DNA of 64,000 bases from Escherichia phage PBM-2, in sequence record PV029541. The stretch is one strand, 5' to 3'. Position numbers and translations under genes: made by a program. Of the stretch, positions 49,469-58,814 are shown piece by piece. A model generated the notes under the pieces. That model did not search any database. It saw only the letters and a program-made list of their open reading frames with translations, and was not told where the DNA came from. Each line of letters opens with the position of its first letter. Positions within the stretch are counted from its first letter, which is position 1.

Positions 49469-49975
49469 TTATTCCTGTTCAAAAAGTTTACGGTCAGCCT
49501 GAATCTGTTTACCCAACTCAATTAGTTGGCTGTCACGGAGTCTAACAGTTGCCCGGAGTTCTTCAACCAAACGTCTGCCTTCTTCAAGACTATTGTCGAG
49601 TCTGGCTGCATGGCTTGCAAGACTTCTGCACTCAAGGGTTCCGGCTTCGGCTTGACGTTTATATACCGATGCTCGTCTTTCAGACTGTTGCATCCGGCTG
49701 TCGTAATCACTGCTAACGCGAGCAAGCTCGCTTGCGTAATTACTCTCAGCCGTCTGCAACCGGGAAGTGAGTAACCCGACTTCATAACTATGGTTTCTTT
49801 GGAGAGCATTGTATTTGTCCTGTAATTTTTGCGTTGCCTTTTGGTCTTCGACCTTTTGGGCATCCCATTTCTTTTGAACAGTAGACTGCCCATTGGAATT
49901 GCCCCAAAAGTAAATGGTGGCCCCAAGGACCACCACCAGAAGATAAGGCCAACCTTTAGAGATTAGCATCTTCAT
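49469..49975 (-). CDS. i-spanin (Rz-like)
   Basis: N-terminal TM ([22 protein letters not shown]) followed by coiled-coil-rich periplasmic domain; start set at ATG 49975; contains an embedded lipoprotein ORF. Confidence 0.55.
   Translation of the reverse strand: MKMLISKGWPYLLVVVLGATIYFWGNSNGQSTVQKKWDAQKVEDQKATQKLQDKYNALQRNHSYEVGLLTSRLQTAESNYASELARVSSDYDSRMQQSERRASVYKRQAEAGTLECRSLASHAARLDNSLEEGRRLVEELRATVRLRDSQLIELGKQIQADRKLFEQE
49522..49785 (-). CDS. o-spanin (Rz1-like) embedded in the Rz gene in another frame
   Basis: [32 protein letters not shown]: signal peptide with lipobox (TAGC); Pro-rich mature part; lies wholly inside the Rz ORF in a different frame. Confidence 0.5.
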   Translation of the reverse strand: MKSGYSLPGCRRLRVITQASLLALAVITTAGCNSLKDEHRYINVKPKPEPLSAEVLQAMQPDSTIVLKKADVWLKNSGQLLDSVTAN

Positions 49976-50591
49976 TACATGCCTCCAGTGGCACATTGCC
50001 TATTCGGTTAGCTACCCAACCATACGTAAAGTCTGGCATGTTTAATGAGGTATAGTGGTTCAGTTGTTTAGCATCAAGCAGCTTAATCATTACCTGACAT
50101 GCTGCAACTTTGCCCCGTTTTTTCTGTAATGCTTTATATGCATTAACAGTACTTGTACCGACTTTACCATCAACCTGTATTTTAGGGTAGTCTTTGCCAT
50201 TACGTGACATTTCATTAAGAGACATCTGCAACCACTTAGCAGGACGGGTTACACCAGTATTAACACCAGCATCTACTAGCTTATGCGTTACAGCAGGAGA
50301 TATATCAGCGAAGGCTACGAAGTTAGGTTTAAGTACATAGTCATCAATGTATATCTCAGCAGCCATCTCTTTAGATAAACCCTTCATAGAACCATCCCAA
50401 CCATACTCAGTAGCCAGAACTTCTTTATGAGTCTTAGCTACTGATTGGGTAATACCATGATTAGTTTCCCCACCTGGGTCACGAGGATTGTTTACGTAAC
50501 CCCCTTCCATATAGAACACTGCCCCCAGAATAGCAGCGACAACCCCTCCCACTGCACCACCTTTCGCAGCAAGTTTCTGTTTAGCTTTCAT
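49956..50591 (-). CDS. endolysin, GH108-type N-acetylmuramidase with N-terminal signal-anchor (SAR-like)
   Basis: EGGYVNNPRDPGGETNHGITQ matches the GH108 catalytic motif; hydrophobic N-terminus AAKGGAVGGVVAAILGAVFY; C-terminal peptidoglycan-binding-like region. Confidence 0.75.
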   Translation of the reverse strand: MKAKQKLAAKGGAVGGVVAAILGAVFYMEGGYVNNPRDPGGETNHGITQSVAKTHKEVLATEYGWDGSMKGLSKEMAAEIYIDDYVLKPNFVAFADISPAVTHKLVDAGVNTGVTRPAKWLQMSLNEMSRNGKDYPKIQVDGKVGTSTVNAYKALQKKRGKVAACQVMIKLLDAKQLNHYTSLNMPDFTYGWVANRIGNVPLEACNEDANL

Positions 50592-50841
50592 GAGAATTTT
50601 CCTTTGGACGGAATCGTACTAACCTGCCTATGATATTTAAGGCAAACAGTACGATTGCAATATTGGAACCATGTGGAATATCTTCCAGGATGTGACGAGG
50701 TAACCCTGTCATCATTGGTTGGATAACATCTATAGCGGAAAATAAAACTAAACCAAGTGTACTAATCTGAATGGATGCCCACTTCCAACATCTTTTCCAG
50801 TTAGGTACTAACTCTACTTTTCTTTTTAGCCTGCGAACCAT
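50581..50841 (-). CDS. holin candidate (two TM segments)
   Basis: Start at ATG 50841; two hydrophobic segments (WASIQISTLGLVLFSAIDVI and SNIAIVLFALNIIG); directly upstream of the endolysin. Confidence 0.45.
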   Translation of the reverse strand: MVRRLKRKVELVPNWKRCWKWASIQISTLGLVLFSAIDVIQPMMTGLPRHILEDIPHGSNIAIVLFALNIIGRLVRFRPKENSHES

Positions 50842-51155
50842 GCGAATATCTCCCGTCTTGCAGCAGCCAATACACCAATAATTGCACCTGCCCCAGCCCA
50901 CACCCACTTACCAAAAATTCCAGCACCAACGACTTTATGCTTAATGGTGATGAACTCTTCAATAGTAGGTTCATTCTTAGCTAAGCTATCCTCCACATTT
51001 TTCAGTCTATTACCTATGTCATTGATTGAATCCCGTAGTTCTCCCAGAGTTTCCTCCAGTTTCTCACGGTCCTGTCTGTCCCTTGTCTGGTTCTCAAACA
51101 GAGTCTTCAATCGTTCCTCCAGTCTGACTAGAAGCAGTTCACCCGATTCATTCAT
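50826..51155 (-). CDS. coiled-coil protein with C-terminal TM segment (lysis-cassette associated)
   Basis: N-terminal charged coiled-coil, C-terminal GAGIFGKWVWAGAGAIIGVLAAA hydrophobic segment. Confidence 0.4.
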   Translation of the reverse strand: MNESGELLLVRLEERLKTLFENQTRDRQDREKLEETLGELRDSINDIGNRLKNVEDSLAKNEPTIEEFITIKHKVVGAGIFGKWVWAGAGAIIGVLAAARREIFAWFAG

Positions 51156-51339
51156 AAGATTACCGTAGTTATGTAGTTAGGAACCCCAATAGGGTCATAT
51201 CATAAGATGACCATTAGATAATACTTAATATAATTAAAGGCATCCAGGTATAGAATGTAGTCCTACCAAATCCTCAAAACCCACAAGGAGGTAATGAGCC
51301 TCCGATGGACTTCGATGACGATATTCCGTTTTGATGATA

Positions 51340-51365
51340 AAACTAACCCCGCCGAAGCGGGGTTT
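51340..51365 (-). terminator. stem-loop/terminator downstream of the tailspike gene
   Basis: CCCCGC-CGAA-GCGGGG perfect 6-bp stem; on the - strand it is followed by TTAGTTTTATC. Confidence 0.45.
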
Positions 51366-51592
51366 AGTGATTATTGTTAGGAAATATAAGCCGTAATAAC
51401 CCAAACTACAGTATATGCTAACACTGGTACTAACTAATCCAATAGACTAGGTAAGTCCCATGCTCGCCAGTCGAATCCACCCCACCAAGGTATATTGGCG
51501 CGCCTCCTGCACCCCACATACCTAACACAATGCCAATTCCGCTTTGGATAATGACAGCGGCCCCCGCATGTAATAATGGGGAAAATCATGCA

Positions 51593-54271
51593 TTACTTAG
51601 CCTCCAGTTTTTTTAATCGCTCTTCAATACGATCACAGCGGCGTCGCTGATAAGCGGCCTCCAACCAGAAACACTGATCGGGACGAATGCCCCAGCGATT
51701 ACCGGCAGCTCTAGTAAGTAGGGTATTACCGGTTTCCACTTGACGGGTAACTTCGGTATCGACACCATCAATATTAACAGTAACAATCTCATCAACGAAC
51801 TCAGGTTCATATTCATCTTCCCACTCGTCGTAACAAAGCAGGCCAAAGGCAGTACCATCCAATCCATGCTTGATGAACGTGTCACGAACCTGTTGGGCAA
51901 TTACCCCAAAATGCCAACGAGCAGAGTCCTCCCCTTTAGATGCGATAGAAGCTAACCACTTATAAGTGATCACCTGTACATCGCCCCAGGCATCAAGGAT
52001 ATCATCCGATATTTCAGAAGGATCAGTTTTTTCACGGGAATCAGACGTATTAATAGTACCAATTGCCGCGAATACTTGAGCCACACGTAATGATGGATTA
52101 CCTAAATTGTAAGCATTATCTGTGTATGGACGTAGAGATGTATCATCTAAACGCCATCGAATAGTGCCACCTAGGGTTGCGGGCGACGGATTAGTAGCAA
52201 AACTAATAGTCGTAGCACTCTTAAATAATGAAGAGCCGCCACCTAAAATAAGAGAATGTGCAGATGCGGAACTTTGTTGATCGAGGACAAGAATCTGTTC
52301 TGCTTCGGTTAAAGTTGTGTTACCGAAAGCTCTGGCAGCGATACGCCCCTGAGTTAAAGACCCAGAGTCAGTATTGTTTAAAGTTAAACGGTAAGTCTCC
52401 AAACCAGTAGCCGCAGTAACTACTGTGTAACCGGAGGTGTCATAAGTAACACGAACAGTTTTACGGGTAGTTGGCCCGGTCTGATCTATAGAGAAGCTCT
52501 GGTTATTCAGGTTGCTAATATGAAGCTCTATCCCGATTGGGTAGGCAACTCCAGCCAGGTCTGTAAGACCGGTGCTTGATGTATAGATAGTAACTGCCTT
52601 CTGCCCGGACAACCGCATAAAGTCCAATACTGCTGACAATGAAGTCATGGCAATACCGGTCAGAGGGTTATAGAGTACGTCGCCTGCGAGTATTCGTGGA
52701 TAAACCCCAGAAGCCATCCGAATGGTATCGTAACCTGGGGATACCGTTGTCACCGCAGAAAAATCCAAGTCCGGGAAATTGGAATACTCTTTGGTAATTA
52801 GGATTCCATGCGTATACGCATTCGAGGTGGTTCGGTCGTTATAGATCCATAAGGTGAACACTTCACCATTTGAATAGCAGATGCCCTCATTCTCTATACG
52901 AGAAGTCGTTAAGCCTTTAGCATCCAGGACACTAATAAAACCAGTAGGAGGAATTACTGCCTCTACCATTTTGTGCCCATCGGTGCTGAACGCTTTTACC
53001 CCCTGATAATTAGTAGGCGCTTCTACAGTTGTTCCTGTAATGTACACACCACCGAATGCCATAATCAAAACACCAGGAGCTAAACAGATTGCTTGTCGCT
53101 TAGTTTGAAGTGACCCATAATCAGTAGTAGTTGCCGTGATGTATCCAGCGTCATACGGAGAAAATTCCGTGAAGCCAGTTAATGCAAATGCGGAGTTGAA
53201 GTACGCAATAGCATTACGTTGGCGGTTAATGCCCAACGCTGGGATGGCCTGTTCAACTGCCCACATTCCATTGTGGAAGGAGAACTGGTTATACAGACCT
53301 ACCTGATGCAAGGCTGTATAGCTAATCGTGGTGCCGTAGGTCACCGCTGAGATATCAAACTCAGCTAAGTTACCATCGTAAGACCCCAGGAATAACTTAA
53401 GTGAACCATAGTAATTGGTTACGATAATCCCTTCGGATACCGCAGAACCATTTACCCCAGTGCCTCCATTATTAGTCTGGAGATACCCTAAGTATTCACC
53501 TTCCCCTGAGTAAACTACAACGAAACGTTCCGTCGCTGCGTTATTACTTGGGCCGTATGCAATATAGATTTTGCCATCATCCCCGATACAGAATGACCCT
53601 GGATAAATAAACGTCCAGTCAGGGTGTGCCGCCAGAATCGCATCGTAATCTGGGAATAGTAATGGCAGGTCAAAACGAATTTCTTTTTTATCTGCGCCCG
53701 AATTAGCCCAACGACTACCCAGGACTGTAGACAGTGTTTCCCCGTTTTTTGCGCCAATTAAATTTGTTCCGGTTGGTTTTGCAATATCGGCGCGCAATGA
53801 CGCATCACCAACACTAACCCACGCTCCTAATTTAACCTCACCCGTGCTGTCTGGAGTTGAACCAGCGGGCACTACTTTAGGCAGCTCGCCATCCCAGCGA
53901 TACTTACCATCGGTAAAGACAACTAATTCATTCTTAGTATTAACTGTTACACCGGTATCAAATGAACCAGGCAAGGTCACATACTCTTCACGAGTAACAG
54001 CCAATGCACCTAAGTCCACATTACCAGCAGAGTGGACCAATACCCCAGCAGTACTAAGACTTACAGCAGTAACCTCAGAACCAAGGTTAGCTGGTAAGGA
54101 ATATGCTCGCTGAGTTACCTTGTCATAAATAACTTTGTAGCCATCGAGTAATGCACCAACTGAGAAGTAAACAACCTCATTCTGCTTAACACCAAACTTA
54201 CGGGCAATGGCTTGTTTGTTGGTAAGAATACCAGTGGAGCCTTTACCACCTTGTGAGAACATTTCGTTCAT
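51593..54271 (-). CDS. tailspike/tail fibre protein with C-terminal intramolecular chaperone (peptidase S74-like) domain
   Basis: C-terminus DDILDAWGDVQVITYKWL...RWHFGVIAQQVRDTFIKHGLDGTAFGLLCYD...EAAYQRRRCDRIEERLKKLE matches the auto-cleaving chaperone domain of endosialidase-type tailspikes; RBS GAGG upstream. Confidence 0.7.
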   Translation of the reverse strand: MNEMFSQGGKGSTGILTNKQAIARKFGVKQNEVVYFSVGALLDGYKVIYDKVTQRAYSLPANLGSEVTAVSLSTAGVLVHSAGNVDLGALAVTREEYVTLPGSFDTGVTVNTKNELVVFTDGKYRWDGELPKVVPAGSTPDSTGEVKLGAWVSVGDASLRADIAKPTGTNLIGAKNGETLSTVLGSRWANSGADKKEIRFDLPLLFPDYDAILAAHPDWTFIYPGSFCIGDDGKIYIAYGPSNNAATERFVVVYSGEGEYLGYLQTNNGGTGVNGSAVSEGIIVTNYYGSLKLFLGSYDGNLAEFDISAVTYGTTISYTALHQVGLYNQFSFHNGMWAVEQAIPALGINRQRNAIAYFNSAFALTGFTEFSPYDAGYITATTTDYGSLQTKRQAICLAPGVLIMAFGGVYITGTTVEAPTNYQGVKAFSTDGHKMVEAVIPPTGFISVLDAKGLTTSRIENEGICYSNGEVFTLWIYNDRTTSNAYTHGILITKEYSNFPDLDFSAVTTVSPGYDTIRMASGVYPRILAGDVLYNPLTGIAMTSLSAVLDFMRLSGQKAVTIYTSSTGLTDLAGVAYPIGIELHISNLNNQSFSIDQTGPTTRKTVRVTYDTSGYTVVTAATGLETYRLTLNNTDSGSLTQGRIAARAFGNTTLTEAEQILVLDQQSSASAHSLILGGGSSLFKSATTISFATNPSPATLGGTIRWRLDDTSLRPYTDNAYNLGNPSLRVAQVFAAIGTINTSDSREKTDPSEISDDILDAWGDVQVITYKWLASIASKGEDSARWHFGVIAQQVRDTFIKHGLDGTAFGLLCYDEWEDEYEPEFVDEIVTVNIDGVDTEVTRQVETGNTLLTRAAGNRWGIRPDQCFWLEAAYQRRRCDRIEERLKKLEAK

Positions 54272-54455
54272 AAGAACCTCTTTGTTTTTCTGGTTAATGG
54301 CGTCCTTGCCGAATATATCCTTATGTACACATTGGAAGATTATTTAAATTTTTCCAATTGCCGACGAAGAAATGCACACTTAAGTACGGGAGATTTCTCA
54401 TAACTAATACCGTATCCACCCCTCCACCAACTTAATGGCAAAATGGTTTTGTTTA

Positions 54456-56483
54456 TTACTTCTGTTCAAGAGCAGAAAGTCTGGCTTCGATTCTTTCCAG
54501 TTTTCTTCTCTGATAAGCGGCTTCAGCAAAGAAAATTCCGTCAGGCCGAACACCCCACTCCTCACCCTCTTCATGAATAACCACCTCGGTGTATACAGGT
54601 TCTTCCGTAGTAGTGACATTACCCTCCTCGTCAGTATGTTCAACGATTTCATTGTGTGAAAATACCGTATCGGTCATCCGTGGATACTTGTCATAGCACA
54701 GAACAGCATAACGACAATTCGTACTGTTTTCATCCATCAGACCATGTGCAATGAATACATCACGAATTTGTTGAGCAATAACCCCGAAGTGAATACGAGC
54801 ATCATTACCTTTCAGTTGAACAGCATCTAACCACTGGTACATGATGTAGTGAACGTCACCCCAGGCATCCAGGAAAGCATCATCAAAAACTACCGGCTCT
54901 GTTTTCTTCTCCCCGTTAGAAGTAACAATAGGGTTACTTCCGAGGTATGCAGTGGTGAAACGGTTTCTTGGTCCACCAAGCGCAATGACGTTATCGTTAT
55001 AAGGCTTAACATCAGCACCCTGAAACAGATGTTCATTTCCGTTGTAAACTATCCTGCGAGAAGCTGTGTTGCTCGCACCGTAAAGCGTAATCTGTGCACC
55101 AGTAGAAGAACTGGTTCCGTCTCCCCCGCAAAATATGATGCGCTGCCCTGCTGGGTTATTAGTCGGTACAGATTTCCCGATAAACCCATACTCACCTTCC
55201 ATTAAAACTTCAGAGCGAATGTTACTACTGGTGCTGGCTCTAAGGGTCACATGACCTAAACCCAAATCTCCTGTAAATTCCATTGGAGCAGGAACAGTGC
55301 GAATCCCATTTGTATCAAAAAACACGGGGACAGCTCTGTCAGGTACAGCACCATATCTGAAATCCCTGGAAACACGATTGTCTGAACCAATCTTCATTTT
55401 GTAGCAATACAAATCTGATGGATGACCATCTGATTTGAATGGGTCTTTCGATGAGTTATCTCCATATGTCCAGGGGTTCAGATGGTCTTCCCCACCGAAC
55501 ATGTAATAGATATAACTATCCTTAACAACCACTGAGCCAACACCAACGCCAGAGTTGACAATGCCACCCTGATATATCTGGTCAGTGATATTCACCCACT
55601 GAGTATTATCCAGATTCCAGGTGTCTAAGTTCACTCGTGTGTAAAACGTTCGCGGGTAAGAACTGAAATATCGCTGGTCGGGTGCGTTTGCTTCCCACTC
55701 GTTGTCCGCACGTTCTGTTCCAAAAAGAATGAGTTCGTTTCCTACCTTAGCGAATGGCAGGGTGGAGTGGTGGACATTATTCGGGAACCTCAATGATTGC
55801 CAGGATATACCCAAATCGTTACTACGATGTAGTGAACTACCCAGACGATCCGACCGAGTTCCACGGGTTACAACATAAAGAACACCGTCAAAATATTTAA
55901 CACAGGGTTCTGCCGCATCTGGCTCATATTCAGCAGGGATACGTCGTTTTATATAATGCCCAGGATTGTTAAATGCATCCGGGAAATACAGCATACCAAC
56001 TTCACGTGGAGCAGCATCACCCTGGTGATATCCCATCATAAATGAATCATTATTGATGGCGGTAAAACTGTGAACCTCGGTAACCATGGGAATCAGTCCA
56101 AGGTTGGTTTTACGCCAAGGTGACTGGTGGAACGATGTCCCCATATGCCAGACTTTGGTAGAGTTATTTTGGTCAGATTCCTGTTGATTTGGCGTGGTGA
56201 CAGTAAATGTGTTGCGGTCAATAACTGAAGTTACAGTCATATTCCCCGAAACACCAGTCACCCCAGAGTTCGAGAAGTTAACAAAATCTCCGGCAAACAA
56301 TCCATGGTCAGGAATAGTAATTACAGCCACAGGCTGATTAGCGGCTTTTGTGATACCACCTGTCGGATGGTAATTACGGGACATAGGACGGTCCCATATC
56401 TCACAGGTCACCAGTGCGTTAGATGCTAAAGTACGTGTCTCAATCATCGCAAAGAGACGATTACGCATCACCCCCATACTCAT
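54456..56483 (-). CDS. sialidase-like (Asp-box) tailspike with C-terminal intramolecular chaperone domain; start uncertain
   Basis: Asp-box SNDLGISW; C-terminus DDAFLDAWGDVHYIMYQWL...RIHFGVIAQQIRDVFIAHGL...EAAYQRRKLERIEARLSALE paralogous to the neighbouring tailspike; frame is open up to 56672, no good RBS at any in-frame ATG. Confidence 0.6.
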   Translation of the reverse strand: MSMGVMRNRLFAMIETRTLASNALVTCEIWDRPMSRNYHPTGGITKAANQPVAVITIPDHGLFAGDFVNFSNSGVTGVSGNMTVTSVIDRNTFTVTTPNQQESDQNNSTKVWHMGTSFHQSPWRKTNLGLIPMVTEVHSFTAINNDSFMMGYHQGDAAPREVGMLYFPDAFNNPGHYIKRRIPAEYEPDAAEPCVKYFDGVLYVVTRGTRSDRLGSSLHRSNDLGISWQSLRFPNNVHHSTLPFAKVGNELILFGTERADNEWEANAPDQRYFSSYPRTFYTRVNLDTWNLDNTQWVNITDQIYQGGIVNSGVGVGSVVVKDSYIYYMFGGEDHLNPWTYGDNSSKDPFKSDGHPSDLYCYKMKIGSDNRVSRDFRYGAVPDRAVPVFFDTNGIRTVPAPMEFTGDLGLGHVTLRASTSSNIRSEVLMEGEYGFIGKSVPTNNPAGQRIIFCGGDGTSSSTGAQITLYGASNTASRRIVYNGNEHLFQGADVKPYNDNVIALGGPRNRFTTAYLGSNPIVTSNGEKKTEPVVFDDAFLDAWGDVHYIMYQWLDAVQLKGNDARIHFGVIAQQIRDVFIAHGLMDENSTNCRYAVLCYDKYPRMTDTVFSHNEIVEHTDEEGNVTTTEEPVYTEVVIHEEGEEWGVRPDGIFFAEAAYQRRKLERIEARLSALEQK

Positions 56484-56508
56484 ACAGTGGTAGTTAACTG
56501 TCGGGTAA

Positions 56509-58101
56509 TCAGGATGTAGGTCGGTTAACCATTCCGGCGTTGCAGGTCTGTCCGTCATCCCCTGAACGAACCCAGGATACATGCAGCCTGCTGACCCCAT
56601 GTCTATCACTAGCCATGAACGGGCAGTAAATAACATCATCGTAAACGAACGCTTTATCCTGTGGCCACGCATTGTAATAAGGGGTGTCCGTTATTTTGAA
56701 AAGCTCGCCCTGAACAAATTCTTCAGAGGCATAATAAAGCGGCTGACCAGGAATACGCTCATAAACAAAACGAGTGTTGACGAATCGACTAATATCAGGC
56801 AAGGATGTGACCTTATATGTCTTCCCATTGCCATTAATCTTTTGTCCAACTGGTGTGTCGTTTAATACGTTCGTTAATGCTACTGTATCATCATGCACAG
56901 CGTCCCCTTTAACACCCCAACCACGGACATCTCCCTGATTACGCCATAGGGTATTTTGGTCAGTTTCTTTTTTGGTTAGTAACTCAACCTGAATGTTACC
57001 TGGAGTATATGTAAGGATATTACCAACTACGCTGGATATATACGCATTAGTTGGTAATTCTGGAATAACGTAAATCTGCTGATTATCGGGATTATAAATA
57101 ACTTTTTTGTTATTTAAGGATTGTACTGTATTAGTACTGAGAATAACCTCAGAATCTTTTACATTAGCCGCACGAGCCACTTCCTGTAGAGTACGATCTG
57201 TTGCTTCCAATACTCGTGCTTCACCACCAATCTGTACTATCAAACGATCATTGGTTGTCAGTGGTTCGGTAAGAAAAATACGTTGGTTATCTGGGTCAGC
57301 AGTATAAGACTCAGTAGTTAATCCTTTATACAAACGAAGACCATTCTTATACACAGCCGGAATAGACTGGAAGGTATACGGAATAGCAATAACCTGCTCA
57401 CCCCCTACAGCAGCACCATTGTTGTACAACCAATTGATCTGAATCCAGTCATTAATGTTAGGATTATCCGGTACAGCAGGAACACCAGTCAGAAGGAATA
57501 CTACTTCATCTCCTTCCTCTAAAGGTTGGGCCAGAGTTACGGACAGGCTGTCTACGTTGAACTCAAATCCACGACCTACATACTGCATGTCGCCATTAAC
57601 AATAATGAAAGGTACACCCACCGTACCATCTGGTACGTTGATTGTGGTTTCCCCACCAGTAGCAGAACCATTGCTGTATACCCAAGGAATATAAGCACCT
57701 TCACTGGAAGAAGTACCACCACCATTGGAACCAGAAGTAGCAACAGTAATCCACGAACCAGTTGCTTCTGAGTCATCTGGGATGATGCCAGTACGATCAC
57801 CTTCTACGTACAAGTAATCAGTTACCTGCCGGTCACCTGCACGGGAGAAACCGTAGATACGGGAATATTTAACCTGCGTGGATAATGCCTTCAATTCCTC
57901 TTCAGAGTTTACACCGATGACCATCCCATACTGGTTCAGGAAATCATACAGGAGTTTAAGATTACCCAGGTTGCAGTACACAGTACGAACCACATGGTAA
58001 GCATTACCAAGCAGTGCATCCACCATTTGGTCATTGGAACTGTTATGACAATATGGATTGGTCCAATCCTGATTTGCATCAAAGGGGGTATGTGCGTTCA
58101 T
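56509..58101 (-). CDS. tail fibre/tailspike N-terminal (particle-binding) protein, possibly the 5' part of a split tailspike gene
   Basis: Start at ATG 58101 (GAGG 6 nt upstream, ATGA overlap with upstream stop); C-terminal 50 aa read like the start of a propeller domain and the next gene is open in another frame across the junction. Confidence 0.5.
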   Translation of the reverse strand: MNAHTPFDANQDWTNPYCHNSSNDQMVDALLGNAYHVVRTVYCNLGNLKLLYDFLNQYGMVIGVNSEEELKALSTQVKYSRIYGFSRAGDRQVTDYLYVEGDRTGIIPDDSEATGSWITVATSGSNGGGTSSSEGAYIPWVYSNGSATGGETTINVPDGTVGVPFIIVNGDMQYVGRGFEFNVDSLSVTLAQPLEEGDEVVFLLTGVPAVPDNPNINDWIQINWLYNNGAAVGGEQVIAIPYTFQSIPAVYKNGLRLYKGLTTESYTADPDNQRIFLTEPLTTNDRLIVQIGGEARVLEATDRTLQEVARAANVKDSEVILSTNTVQSLNNKKVIYNPDNQQIYVIPELPTNAYISSVVGNILTYTPGNIQVELLTKKETDQNTLWRNQGDVRGWGVKGDAVHDDTVALTNVLNDTPVGQKINGNGKTYKVTSLPDISRFVNTRFVYERIPGQPLYYASEEFVQGELFKITDTPYYNAWPQDKAFVYDDVIYCPFMASDRHGVSRLHVSWVRSGDDGQTCNAGMVNRPTS

Positions 58102-58808
58102 CGCCATCCTCGTTGTTCAAATTTAGTTTCGGTAATTGAAATACTTCCATTAGCCAGGTCGTAATCAACAACCTCACCACAGATGCTTTCATATGTTTGC
58201 AGATGCTCTGCTGCTTTAGCGTTAGCTTCCGGAGTATTCAAACCGGTGTGGTAACGATAACCCACCCAGTTATGAAGTGCCGTCATTAGCGTATCAGCTA
58301 AATCAACTTCCTGTTCTTCATCACCCGTAAGCACTGGGTGCTTGGCTTGATACATTACGTTAAGTGCCTCAAAGTGTCGAGGACGCATACACTGAATAGT
58401 ATCAGGCCGTGGAGTGAAGATAGCACGAGGGTCCGAATCATCGTTCAGTCTACGTCGGTTCCCTGAGTTATCAAATACATTTAAGATTTTAATAACATCA
58501 TCCTGGAAAGGTTTCATGAACCCATCCATGATGTATGGATACTGAACCTCAAGAGTGGGCTTAGTAAATCTGGAGTAAGCATATCTGGATTGAAGAGGAT
58601 AATCGGTACGCCCTTCTTTCATCTCCACAATACAACTATTAGTTCTGAGAGGGAAACGACTATGCAGTCGAACCAATCCTTCATTAATAGCTGCCAGTAT
58701 CTCAGGCTTACTATCAGGCTCAATACCCAATCTGTCATCCGTGACTGCACCAGTACCCTTCAAGGTACTTAGTGCCAAGCCACGGTATACTTCCGATAAT
58801 TTTTGCAT
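58098..58808 (-). CDS. hypothetical structural protein
   Basis: 236-aa ORF between large terminase and tail genes; GAGGA upstream. Confidence 0.45.
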   Translation of the reverse strand: MQKLSEVYRGLALSTLKGTGAVTDDRLGIEPDSKPEILAAINEGLVRLHSRFPLRTNSCIVEMKEGRTDYPLQSRYAYSRFTKPTLEVQYPYIMDGFMKPFQDDVIKILNVFDNSGNRRRLNDDSDPRAIFTPRPDTIQCMRPRHFEALNVMYQAKHPVLTGDEEQEVDLADTLMTALHNWVGYRYHTGLNTPEANAKAAEHLQTYESICGEVVDYDLANGSISITETKFEQRGWR

Positions 58809-58814
58809 GGTTCC

